This document shows, piece by piece, positions 12,846 through 23,600 of a DNA stretch of 64,000 nt (positions within the stretch are counted from its first letter, which is position 1; every line of letters starts with the position of its first letter). The stretch covers positions 16,742,001 through 16,806,000 of the forward strand of contig CM075987.1 in the NCBI GenBank assembly GCA_038087875.1. The letters run 5' to 3'. Below the pieces are notes generated by a model that was not told where the DNA came from, made no database searches, and worked only from the letters and a program-made list of their open reading frames with translations. The translations under genes and the position numbers were made by a program. Source of the stretch: Malacoraja senta. Its lineage: Eukaryota.

Positions 12846-13961
12846 ACTCTGACTCTGAATAACTACTGTTATTTTTCAACAGCAGTGGTATTGCTGGCGA
12901 CTTATAGATGGTGTCGGAGTTGTATCTGGTTACACAGTCATGAGACGTGATTTCAGGACATTTGAGGAATATAAGGTTAATGGCATATTTGCAGAGGATG
13001 GTAAAGATATGCAGGACAGATTGGAGTGACTTTGCATTCACACTGGGTCAAATATCAATACCTTTTTGAAACTTTGACTTGAAAGTCTGTGAAAATGGAA
13101 TCTGCTATAAATAGTTATGCTCAAAGCTACAATTTTATTTTGTTCTGTCAGAAATAGGAAGCTTACCAGAGGTTAACAAATAAAGATTGCACTCTGATGA
13201 CAAACAATGTCGAACTAGCAGGTTTTAGTTGATTGCCCTTCAGTGACCACAGCGCATTGTGATCACGGCACGTTGTGATCTGAAAAATAGTTGGATTGGT
13301 TGCTATTCTGTATAGTGTCACACCATACCTTATGCTGGAAACTGGGTGGATATTGGATGGAAAAAAGACTTGGGTGTAGCTTGCACTAACATTAAAATAT
13401 AACACCTCAGAGGCTACTAGTATGAAAGATCAGACGGTATTGATTAACACCAATATATCTGAATCCTGGAGTACATCTATACATTAGTGAAATTCAAGTA
13501 AACAAGAGCTTAAAGACAGTGTTAATGGCACCTGTATGGTAGGATAAATAGTAAATCACAAAGTGCTGGAGGAATTCAGTAAGTCAGGCAGCATTTGTGG
13601 AGGGAATGGACGTGCAATGTTTGGATTGTGATCTTTCTTGACACAGGATTGATCGCATTCAGTCTGAAGAAGCACCCTGACTCGAAACGCACCCTGACTC
13701 GAAACGAAACCCCCTCCACAAATGCTGTCTTACACCCTGAGTTCCTCCAGCAATTTATGTTTTGCTCATGATTGTGTCATCTGCAGTTTCTTGTGTCTCC
13801 ATTGTAAAATATATAGTTGTGCTGTGATTATCAAACTACTTTTGCAAACCAGAAAATTAAAAATCTTTAGTCATTTCTAAATAACACATTCTGTCAAGGT
13901 TTTATAACATATATATCTGTAATGTTTTTTAAATCAATAAACATCATGTGATACTGTTAAG

Positions 13962-14233
13962 GTACCAACGGAGACTGGATGAACTGGAAGTGACAAAGAT
14001 CGATGCTGATGAGAAACATGAACAATTTAGCAAAGACTTGCAAGATGTTATTGCCTACCTGAAGAAGGGCCTGAATCAGAGAATTGATGAGATTGCTGAT
14101 TTGAATGACAAGATGGTTGGTTTGATGCAAGCCAAGGAAACTGATAAGACGACTTATGAATCCCAGATGTCACAGTTGCGTCAAGAGTTTCATGAAACAA
14201 AGGATCAACTCACATCGGAGAATATGGTTTTAG
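13962..14233 (+). CDS. CFAP157: CFAP157 coding exon 2 (YQRRLDELEV...IAYLKKGLNQRIDEIADLN...EFHETKDQLTSENMVL)
   Basis: Coiled-coil; ETKDQLTSEN matches CFAP157 ETKDQLTTEN. Acceptor TTAAG| has a weak pyrimidine tract; donor G|GTACAG; 272 nt, phase 2 to 1. Confidence 0.92.
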
Positions 14234-15487
14234 GTACAGAAAATGAGGGGATATGTTATTTTTAATTTTTAAATATTGTGGATGTTTTCAGGAATAACAT
14301 TTTGTTGCATTAACAGTTAAGGTGCGGAAAACATCATTGTCATTACAATTATCATAATTGCAACTTGAAGCTCTTGTCCGTATTATAATTTTGTACATTA
14401 TTTTTACATTGTACGAGACCGAAGATCTCAGGTTTTTTTTATACCTGAATAAACATGAACTTGAATTGGTAGGGCAAGGAAAATTGCATTTATACCTGCA
14501 GCCCGAGGAGAGGAAAATATTCAGCTGAAGTTCCTTGTGTTCACTGACTTGCAATCTAAATATGTAGGAAGGAACTGCAGATGCTGTTTTAAACCGAAGA
14601 TAGACACAAAATGCTGGAGTAACGTAACGGGATAGGCAGCATCTCTGGAGAGAAAGAATGGGTGACGTTTCGGGTCAAGACTGAAATCTAAATAAATATG
14701 TTGGGGCCCCTGCATTAGGTCTTTGACCAGAGATCTAATTGGTAAAGAGCTACCGACAGCTTGATCCTTTTTGTGTGACACTAATAGTTGCCAAATTCTT
14801 TCTCCTCTTTCTTTATCCCTTTAACCTTTCCTATCCATGTACCTGTCCAAGTGTATTTTAAATATTGTTATAATAGTTCTGCCTTTGAAAGTTGCAGAAT
14901 ACACATGGTACAGGCTATAAGAAAGAGTTAAAGATAAATACTTGCACTTGTTCTATCTCATTGCAAACTTAGAGTATAGAAGTAGGATTAAATCTTGAAT
15001 TTGCTGTGCCATTTGGCAAGATGAAGGCTTGTTGCAGTGTCTCAATTCCTGTGTATTTTTTTTAACCACCTCTGACCCCACACATCCCATGAATCGCTTG
15101 TGTAGAAAAATCTATGAATATCATTGTTATATAGTGACTACATCCACAGACTGCTGAGGTTCAGAGCTTCAATTTTTACAACCCTCTGCATGTAAGAATT
15201 GTACAAATTGCCTCCTTGGCCATCCTAGATGGCTAACCTATAACACTTACCCTAGCTCCAACGCTCCCTGGTTTTGTACCATTCCCGATCAAACTGGTAG
15301 CAATCTGCCCCAACATTTGGACAAAGGAGTGGAAATTAGTGCCCTTTTCATAGAGAAATTGGGGGTCTTTTTTAACATAGTCAAAGATAACATTGTGCAT
15401 GGATATGTGGCAGAAATGCCACTGTCATGGTTATGATGGGATTTTATCAGGAATACTGACTTCAGTTCTTCCGTTCTTGCCTTGCAG

Positions 15488-15641
15488 CTGGAAAGCTTGA
15501 TGCGCTGGAGGAGTTTCGAGTTCAAAAGGAGGATTTGATGGCAAAGTTTGCTGCACTTGAAGAGCAGCTAAAGCAGCAGGAAGAAGAGCACAGTGACATC
15601 ATTTACAACTTGGAGAGGAGGGCAGTGGTAGATAAAGATAG
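15488..15641 (+). CDS. CFAP157: CFAP157 coding exon 3 ([52 protein letters not shown])
   Basis: TTCTTGCCTTGCAG| acceptor and AG|GTAAAA donor; 154 nt, phase 1 to 2. GKL.ALEEFR and YNLE...V.DKDR motifs of CFAP157. Confidence 0.92.
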
Positions 15642-16382
15642 GTAAAAACTTTTATACCTAGGTTTTCAGGAAACCTTTGCAAGTCTAGACAAAGTGGCAT
15701 AATGTATTTTGGCATGAACAGCAGGTTGACAGCCAATTGACTGAGATATTTTGCAGTTAGTTTGCACACAGACACTTGCCATCCAGGTCTGGGAATGAGA
15801 ACTCTTAACTAATATATTTTTTCTCAACTACTCTAATTGTTACACCACTCATCTCTTATAAATGGGAAAATAAACAGTGTGATGCCAGGGTGAAGTATGA
15901 CGTTTTTGCCTATAATTTGTTTTACTGGATCCACTCCAAGAGCAATTGATGCTGTAATTGGATGCCTGAGGCTTGGTTCCAATTTCCAGTTTGAGGCAAA
16001 TAAAATATAAAGTGTTCATGCAATTTGTGGATATTTCATTTAGCATTCCCCTTGAGTTTTCCATCCCTATATTAAAGCATTGGTCTGGATATTGAATCAC
16101 TGTCAAGTTTGGTCACAATCATGCGCTGTTCCAGTACCTTCAAAGATTGCCTGCTAACGGTCTGAAAAAATCTGCCGCATCATTTTGCAAAAACTGGAAA
16201 AAAAACTGCTCATGCTGGAAATCTAAAATAAAAACTGAATCTACTTGGAGAGGAAAAACTCAGGAAGTCATTGCAACATCTGAAGGGTCGCAGACCTGAT
16301 ACATTGACTTTTTCTTTCCACAGATGTTATCTGACCACCGTAGTTCTTCCAGGATATTCTATTTTTTAATTCAGCTGGCATA

Positions 16383-18004
16383 CAGTGGCTTGCAAAAGTA
16401 TTCATACCCCTTGAACTTTTCCACATTTTGTCACGTTACAACCACAAACGTAAATGTATTTTATTGGGATTTTATGTGATAGACCAACACAAAGTGGCGC
16501 ATAATTGTGAAGTGGAGTGGAAGGAAAATTATACTAGGTTTTCAAATTTGTTTACAAATAAAAAACTGAAAACTGTTGCGTGCAAAAGTATTCAGCCCCC
16601 TTTACTCTGATACCCCTAAATAAAATCCAGTGCAACCAATTGCCTTTAGAAGTCACCTAATTAGTAAATAGAGTCCACTTATGTGTAATCTAATCTCAGT
16701 ATGAATACAGCTGTTCTGTGAAGGCCTCAGAGGTTTGTTAGAGAACATTAGTGAACAAACAGCATCATGAAGCCCAAGGAACACACCAGACAGGTCAGGG
16801 ATAAAGTTGTGAAGAAGTTTAAAGCAGGGTTAGGTTATAAAAAAATATCCCAAGCTTTGAACATCTCACGGAGCATTGTTCAATCCAACATCCGAAAATG
16901 GAAAGAGTACGGCACAATTGCAAACCTACCAAGACATGGCCGTCCACCTAAACTGACAGGCCGGGCAAGGAGAGCATTGATCAGAGAAGCAACCAAGAGG
17001 CCCATGGTAACTCTGGAGGAGCTGCAGAGATCCACAGCTCAGGTGGGAGAATCTGTCCACAGGACAACTATTAGTCGTGCACTCCACAAATCGGGCCTTT
17101 ATGGAAGAGTGGCAAGAAGAAAGCCATTGTTGAAAAAAAGCCATAAGAAGTCCCGTTTGCAGTTTGCCACAAGCCATGTGGGGGACACAGCAAACATGTG
17201 GAGGAAGGCGCTCTGGTCAGATTAGACCAAAATTGAAGTTTTTGGCCTAAATGCAAAACGCTATGTGTGGCGGAAACCTAACACTGCACATCACCCTGAA
17301 CACACCATCCCCACTGTGAAACATGGTGGTGGCAGCATCATGCTGTGGGGATGCTTTTCTTCAGCAGGGACAGGGAAGCTGGTCAGAGTTGATGGGAAGA
17401 TGGATGGAGCCAAATACAGGGCAATCTTGGAAGAAAACCTGTTAGAGTCTGCAAAAGACTTGAGACTGGGGCGGAGGTTCACCTTCCAGCAGGACAACGA
17501 CCCTAAACATACAGCCAGAGCTACAATGGAATGGTTTAGATCAAAGCATATTCATGTGTTAGAATGGCCCAGTCAAAGTCCAGACCTATATCCAATTGAG
17601 AATCTCTGGCAAGACTTGAAAATTGCTGTTCACAGACGCTCTCCATCCAATCTGACTGAGCTTGAGCTATTTTGCAAAGAAGAATGGGCAAAAATTTCAG
17701 TCTCTAGATGTGCAAAGCTGGTAGAGACATACCCCCAAAAGACTTGCAGCTGTAATTGCAGCGAAAGGTGGTTCTACAAAGTATTGACTCAGAAGGGCTG
17801 AATACTTTTGCACGCGACACTTTTCAGTTTTTTATTTGTTAAAAATTTGAAAACCATGTATCATTTTCCTTCCACTTCACAATTATGCACCACATTGTGT
17901 TGGTCTATCACATAAAATCCCAATAAAATACATTTACGTTTGTGGTTGTAACGTGACAAAATGTGGAAAAGTTCAAGGGGTATGAAAACGTTTGCAAGCC
18001 ACTG
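16383..18004 (+). mobile_element. Full-length Tc1/mariner IR/DR transposon (Passport-like) in CFAP157 intron 3
   Basis: TA|CAGTGGCTTGCAAA...TTTGCAAGCCACTG|TA; ~220-bp TIRs; central transposase. Confidence 0.95.
16767..17787 (+). pseudogene. Tc1 DD34E transposase with one nonsense codon and one +1 frameshift
   Basis: MKPKEHTRQVRDKVV...GRPPKL...WSD*TK (TAG 17223-17225)...FQQDNDPKH...SPDLYPIEN. An extra C near 17732-17736 precedes KRLAAVIAAKGGSTKY*. Confidence 0.92.
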
Positions 18005-18656
18005 TACATAGATTCCTTTATTGCAGCTAATCACGGTCCATATTTGCCAAGGACACTTTAAACCAATGTTATGTCTCCATGTCAGAATTTTTAATGTCAA
18101 TTCTCATCTGAATGCTCATCTATAGAAGAGCCCAACTAAAGAGTTTAATTTCAGATAGACACAGGATGCTAGAATAACTCAGCACGTCAGGTAGCATCTC
18201 TGGAGAAAAGGAATAAGTGACATTTTGGGTCGAAACCCTTCATCAGACCGTTATTAGTTGAATTTCAGCATAGTGTGAACATGTAATCACTATCTGATTT
18301 TTGGAAGTACAGGTTATCATTTGCAAAACCACTGCAGTGCAAGTTAGTTTCAAGGCCATAAGCTTTGTCAATTGTTTTGTTTGCAGCAATTTTTCAAGTT
18401 TTGTGCCCAAGACCTAAATGCAAAAGATTATTTTATACTAGAGAAGGAAAAGAGGAGCAGGTAAAGCAATATGGTTAAAACTGATCCTAGTCTCATCTAA
18501 TCTTCAAGTGTGTATCAATGAGTTACTGGACAGTGAACAGACAGTTGGAAAATATGATTGTGGGTTTCACTTCCTCCTTCACTAAACTGGTACTAATCCA
18601 ATTGGATCATCAGAAAGCATGTTGACTATCTGTCACTAACTGCATTCTTCCTGTAG

Positions 18657-18923
18657 ATTAAAGAAGGAGATGATTGCAGCGGTGAATGCGGTGGCTGCTG
18701 AATTCCGTCGTATTTCAAAGAAGCAAGTGGCAGAAACAACAAAAAGAGCCATACGTGAAAATGTATCCATTAGCAGCCAGCTGGGAAGATGTCAGATAAA
18801 AGTATGAAAATAAATCAAGAGAATGACGAACTGAAAAATGAAGCCTTGAGGCAGTGGAGAAACATCAATATCTTGGAGGAAAGTCAGAAGGAGCTGATCA
18901 GGAAGAATCTCAGCAATGTAAAG
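18657..18923 (+). CDS. CFAP157: CFAP157 coding exon 4, one base missing near 18784 (LKKEMIAAVNAVAAEFRRISKKQVAETTKRAIRENVSISSQL/KMSDKSMKINQENDELK...LSNVK)
   Basis: TTCTTCCTGTAG| acceptor, AAG|GTTTGT donor, ETTKRAI.EN motif. As written the frame hits TGA at 18805-18807; adding 1 nt in CTGGGAAG restores homology and the phase 0 exit. Confidence 0.88.
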
Positions 18924-19129
18924 GTTTGTATATTTCTTTTTGGGAAGAGATAGTCCAGTGAGTGCACGAAGTGAAGGGCTTGTTTGTAGTAACACTGTCT
19001 TGTATATATTCAGCACTTTTAAACAAGACTATTTCTGTGAAGCTGAGCCAAAAAAAGATGTAAACAGTGTGAAAAGAAGCAGCTGGTTATCTTGTAGAAG
19101 GCAAATGCATAAAATCCTACAGCACAGAT

Positions 19130-19865
19130 ATCCTACCGCAAAGACCGCTCCCTCCGTAACTCCCTTGTCATTCTTCCCTTCCCTCCCATACCACCCCCTC
19201 CCCTGGTACTTTCCCTTGCAACCGCAAGAGATGCAACACTTGTCCCTTCACCTCCCCCCTCCACTCTATTCAAGGACCCAAGCAGTCGTTCCAGGTGTGA
19301 CTGAGGTTCACCTGCATCTCCTCCAACCTCATCTATTGCATTCGCTGCTCTAGATGCCAGCTGATCTACATCGGTGAGACCAAGCGGAGGCTTGGCGATC
19401 GTTTCGCCGAACACCTCCGGTCGGTCCGCAATAACCAACCTGAACTCCCGGTGGCTCAGCACTTCAACTCCCCCTCCCATTCCGTATCTGACCTCTCTGT
19501 CCGGGTCTCCTCCATGGCCACAGCGAGCAACACCGTAAATTGGAGGAAATGCACCTCATATTCCGCTTGGGCAGTCTACATCCTGGTGGCCTGAACGTTG
19601 AATTCTCCCAATTCTGCTAGCCCTGGCTGTCCCCTCCCCTTCATCAGCCATCTGGTTGTCTACTCCCCTCCCCCAGCCCTCGGGCTCCTCCCCGCCTTTT
19701 CCTTTTTTTCCTTTCTTCTTCCCACCCCCTATCAGTCTGAAGAAGGGTTTTGGCCTGAAACGTTACCTATTTCCTTCGCTCCATAGATGCTGCTGCACCC
19801 GCTGAGTTTCTCCAGCATTTTTGTGTACCTTCGATTTTCCAGCATCTGCAGTTCCTTCTTTAACA
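19130..19865 (+). mobile_element. Penelope-like element 3' portion (GIY-YIG endonuclease plus terminal repeat)
   Basis: RFTCISSNLIYCIRCSRCQLIYIGETKRRLGDRFAEH...HLIFRLG; hammerhead-like core at 19737-19765. Confidence 0.88.
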
Positions 19866-21894
19866 CAGATAGAGGCTTATTGTGCTTGTACCATGCTCAA
19901 TGGGTAAAAGCAATCTAATTAACCCACACCACACCCTGCCCTTCACAGACCCAAAATGTTCTCTTGTCCAGTTTAACAATCTTAAAAGCCACCACAGTTG
20001 GTATGGCTGCTGCAAGTTATATTACTGGTCTAGTAATCCAGAAGTTCTTGCGTGATCCAGAGAGTTGTGTTCCAATCTCATGATAGTAATTGGTAATTTG
20101 GATTATCAAATAAGGATCCACTAGATCATTGTAAAAAGGAAAGGAAAATGGTGAAGCTGTTCTGGCCTGTTGATGATTGCGCACTAATGTGATGGACTCC
20201 CAGCTGCTATGTGGCATAAATCAGTCTTGAGATGTAGTCAGTTGGTGAGGCCAATATTTAATGCACATCTCTAATGGCTCCTTTGTAAACCACCATCATT
20301 GATTTGTATATTTTTCTGTGTCAACGTAGCTAACAGCTCGGCACGAGTGGTGTAAAGCAAGGAGTTTCAGGCCTTTGACAGTGATGAACACTCATGTACT
20401 TCCATTTCAAGTTAGTGTATGCCTTGTAATGGAACTTACAATGGAATCTGCCATCTTTCTAGTTACCAATACCATATGTGAGGGAGGTATCAAATACTGG
20501 AGAATCTAAAGTAAGAATTAAATCAGACCTATCATGGCACCTGATACATTCACAGCTCTGCAACGTCCTAATTTCTAACTGTGAGAAATAAGTGCCATAA
20601 TTAGGAGAGATCTTCAACGTACGTGGCAAACAATGGCTTGACTTGATCACCTCTGTAGAAACATACCATTATGTCAATCCACTGGACTTTCCATTAGCAT
20701 CCCTTAAAAACCTATCGGGCTGGTGGTACAGCTGTATATAGTTGGCTGAAATGCGGAATGCGGACAAGTGGGAATGTTTTTACTATACAGACAGCAAGGA
20801 TGTGGTTGACCATCAGAATCCTTGGTATGGCAGCTACATGGTTGTAAAATTTATGAACCTCTCTAAATCTCTCATCTTTCTTTGTTTTGGAAGGATCTGC
20901 CTTCACTTCCATCCATCTGCCGAGTTAATAGGAATCTGAGGGGTAACCTTTTCATACAAAGGGTGGTGTGAGTATGGAACAAGCTGCCAGAGGAGGTAGT
21001 TGAGGCAGGGACTATCCCAACATTTAAGAAACAGTTAGACGGGTAGAGATGGATAGGACAGTTTTGAGGGATATGGGTCAAATGCAGGCAGGTGGGACTA
21101 GTGTAGCTGGGACATGTTGACTGATGTGGGCAAGTTGGGCCAAAAGGCCTGTTTCCACACTGTATCACTCTTTGACTTTAAGAGCCAAGAATTAGACATG
21201 AAGCTTCAACTGAGTGTGGACTAACAAATTGCAGAGTTCATATATTATGTCTTTTTATAAGATTCTGTTCATGGGTTCTAATTTTCTGTTTCTCGCACTT
21301 TTCAAATTGTACCATTTAGTTTGTGTTACTACAATTTGTCATCCACACTTCCATATGAAAGTTTTAGTTGTTGCATATCTTCACAAGTTGATTTCACCAA
21401 TTTGTATGCTCCTGAAATCTGCAACTATTCATGACACTCCTTATTGTTACTTTCAATTTCATTTCAGAAACCAACTTAGAAATTGTGCCCAGTGTGTGAT
21501 TAGTTTATTGCAGTAGTTCGGGTTGGGGGCAGAGGAAGGTGGGGGGCTGGTGTTGGTATCCCCCTCGATCATTCAACATTTGGACATTTCCTTCCAATCT
21601 ATTAAACAGGTATCATAATTGCTACTTACTGCTTTTTAAATAGTATCTGTTGCCACTATCTCTTTAGTCTCGTGGGGTTCATTTTTGCTGACATTTCTGA
21701 CGTGCTGTGTTTGCCTTTTTGACAATCAAAGCAACATGTACTTCAAACAACGCAATTGGCAAACCTCTTTCTGCCTTCATTCTTTAAGGATGGTTTATTT
21801 TCAGGAATATCCACTTCCCTGTTTTTTCCTATTGATCTTACCATGGAAAAGTATCTTCTCCATGCCTGACTGGATTCTATTGATTGAATTTCAG

Positions 21895-22026
21895 GTTGTT
21901 CAAATGCTGGCTGAGAAATGCAAAGAGCAGCAGAAGTCACTGGAAAGCTGCACGCAGAGGGAGAAGATGGTTCAAGAATTTGAGATAACAGTAAAAGACC
22001 TTGAGGGCTCAGAATGAATCTCTAAG
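21895..22026 (+). CDS. CFAP157: CFAP157 coding exon 5, one extra base at 22005-22007 (VVQMLAEKCKEQQKSLESCTQREKMVQEFEITVKDLE/AQNESLR)
   Basis: TTTCAG| acceptor, AG|GTATTT donor; ML..KC.EQQ motif. Removing one G from GAGGGCT gives 131 nt and the phase 2 that exon 6 needs. Confidence 0.85.
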
Positions 22027-22706
22027 GTATTTGCAACTCCATCCATGTGCACTACCAGATGCGGGAACTGCTTTTCTCCACTGTTACCAGACTTCAGAAT
22101 GATCCCTCCATAAGCTAGGGTACTTTACGATTCTCCTCTACCCTATGTGGACATTGGACATTGTTTCTGGAACTGTTGTGCTACAATGCCAAGAACAATA
22201 TTCTGCACTCTGATTCTTCCCTTTGCTTTACTTATTCTACTTGAATTTGTCTTGATCGTATTTATTATGATCGTATTATCTTAATTTGATTTGATTGGAT
22301 AGCATGCAAAACAAAGCTCTTCCCTGTACCTTGGTGCACGTGACAATAATAAACCTAAACCTTGTGTGGGCTTTGACAACTAAATATTAGATATTAGATT
22401 AGATAGTTTTATTTTCATTTTATTTCTTAAAAACATCACTGCCACAAGTAAGATCTTCCTTGCTTCTGAACCCCAGTAAGTCATTATCTTAAATGTGGAA
22501 ATTAATTTCTCTACACTTCAGGGAACAAACTGATCAACCTAAGGATTATTAGGGAGAGTTAAGTCTTAACACTCGAGGGAGGATTAGAATATAGTATTTT
22601 GAGATGGTTATGGTCTTACTAAATGTGGGAAGTTGGAGTTACTGAAACTTAATATTGAGTAACTTTATTTAAAGAAGGCTGTTATCTCACTATGTTTAAT
22701 GTTCAG

Positions 22707-22857
22707 GAATGAAATAACATCTGTAAAGGAGGATCTGGAGATAAAACAATTTCATCTGGAAAAACAGATGGCCAATGCGGAACAACAGGAAAGGCGCAGG
22801 AAGCAGGTGGAGAAAGTCCTCTCTGATGCTGCCTATGCTTTGAAAGATGCCCTGCTG
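22707..22857 (+). CDS. CFAP157: CFAP157 coding exon 6 (NEITSVKEDLEIKQFHLEKQMANAEQQERRRKQVEKVLSDAAYALKDALL)
   Basis: GTTCAG| acceptor, CTG|GTAAGA donor; 151 nt open coiled-coil, phase 2 to 0. Confidence 0.85.
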
Positions 22858-23214
22858 GTAAGAAAGCTTACATTTTGAGAGTAGACCTATTTGGATGACA
22901 AATGCATGACATCTTTTTGAAAGCTGATTGGTGGCTGAAAGCTGCTTTCTGTTCTTGCACCCTTATTTGGTTTTGTTCAGTTATGTTGTCCACTACAACA
23001 ATGCACCCATATTTGTCCTTCTTCTTGGTGGCATGGAGTATATAGATTAGTACAAAACGAGAACAGTCAAGGGTATTGTCACATGTCCCAGAGAGAACAA
23101 TGAAATTCTTATTTGCAGCAGCACAACAGAATATGTAAACATAGTACACTGTAAACAATATAATAAACTAAAAACAAGTTGGTGCATGTATGCATGTATG
23201 CACACACATACATT

Positions 23215-23600
23215 AAATATATATATATATATATTATATAGAGATAGAGAGATAGAGAGATAGAGAGATAGAGAGATAGAGAGATAGAGAGATAGAGAGA
23301 TAGAGAGATAGAGAGATAGAGAGATAGAGAGATAGAGAGATAGAGAGATAGAGAGATAGAGAGATAGAGAGATAGAGAGATAGAGAGATAGAGAGATAGA
23401 GAGATAGAGAGATAGAGAGATAGAGAGATAGAGAGTAGAGAGATAGAGAGATAGAGATAGAGAGATAGAGAGATAGAGAGATAGAGAGATAAGAGAGATA
23501 GAGAGATAGAGAGATAGAGAGATAGAGAGATAGAGAGATAGAGAGATAGAGAGATAGAGAGATAGAGAGATATAGAGATATAGAGATATAGAGATAGATA
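23215..23600 (+). repeat. (TA)n followed by a long (GAGATAGA)n octamer microsatellite
   Basis: About 360 bp of 8-mer repeat adjoining the CR1 3' tail; source of the spurious LSISLSLY ORFs. Confidence 0.95.
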
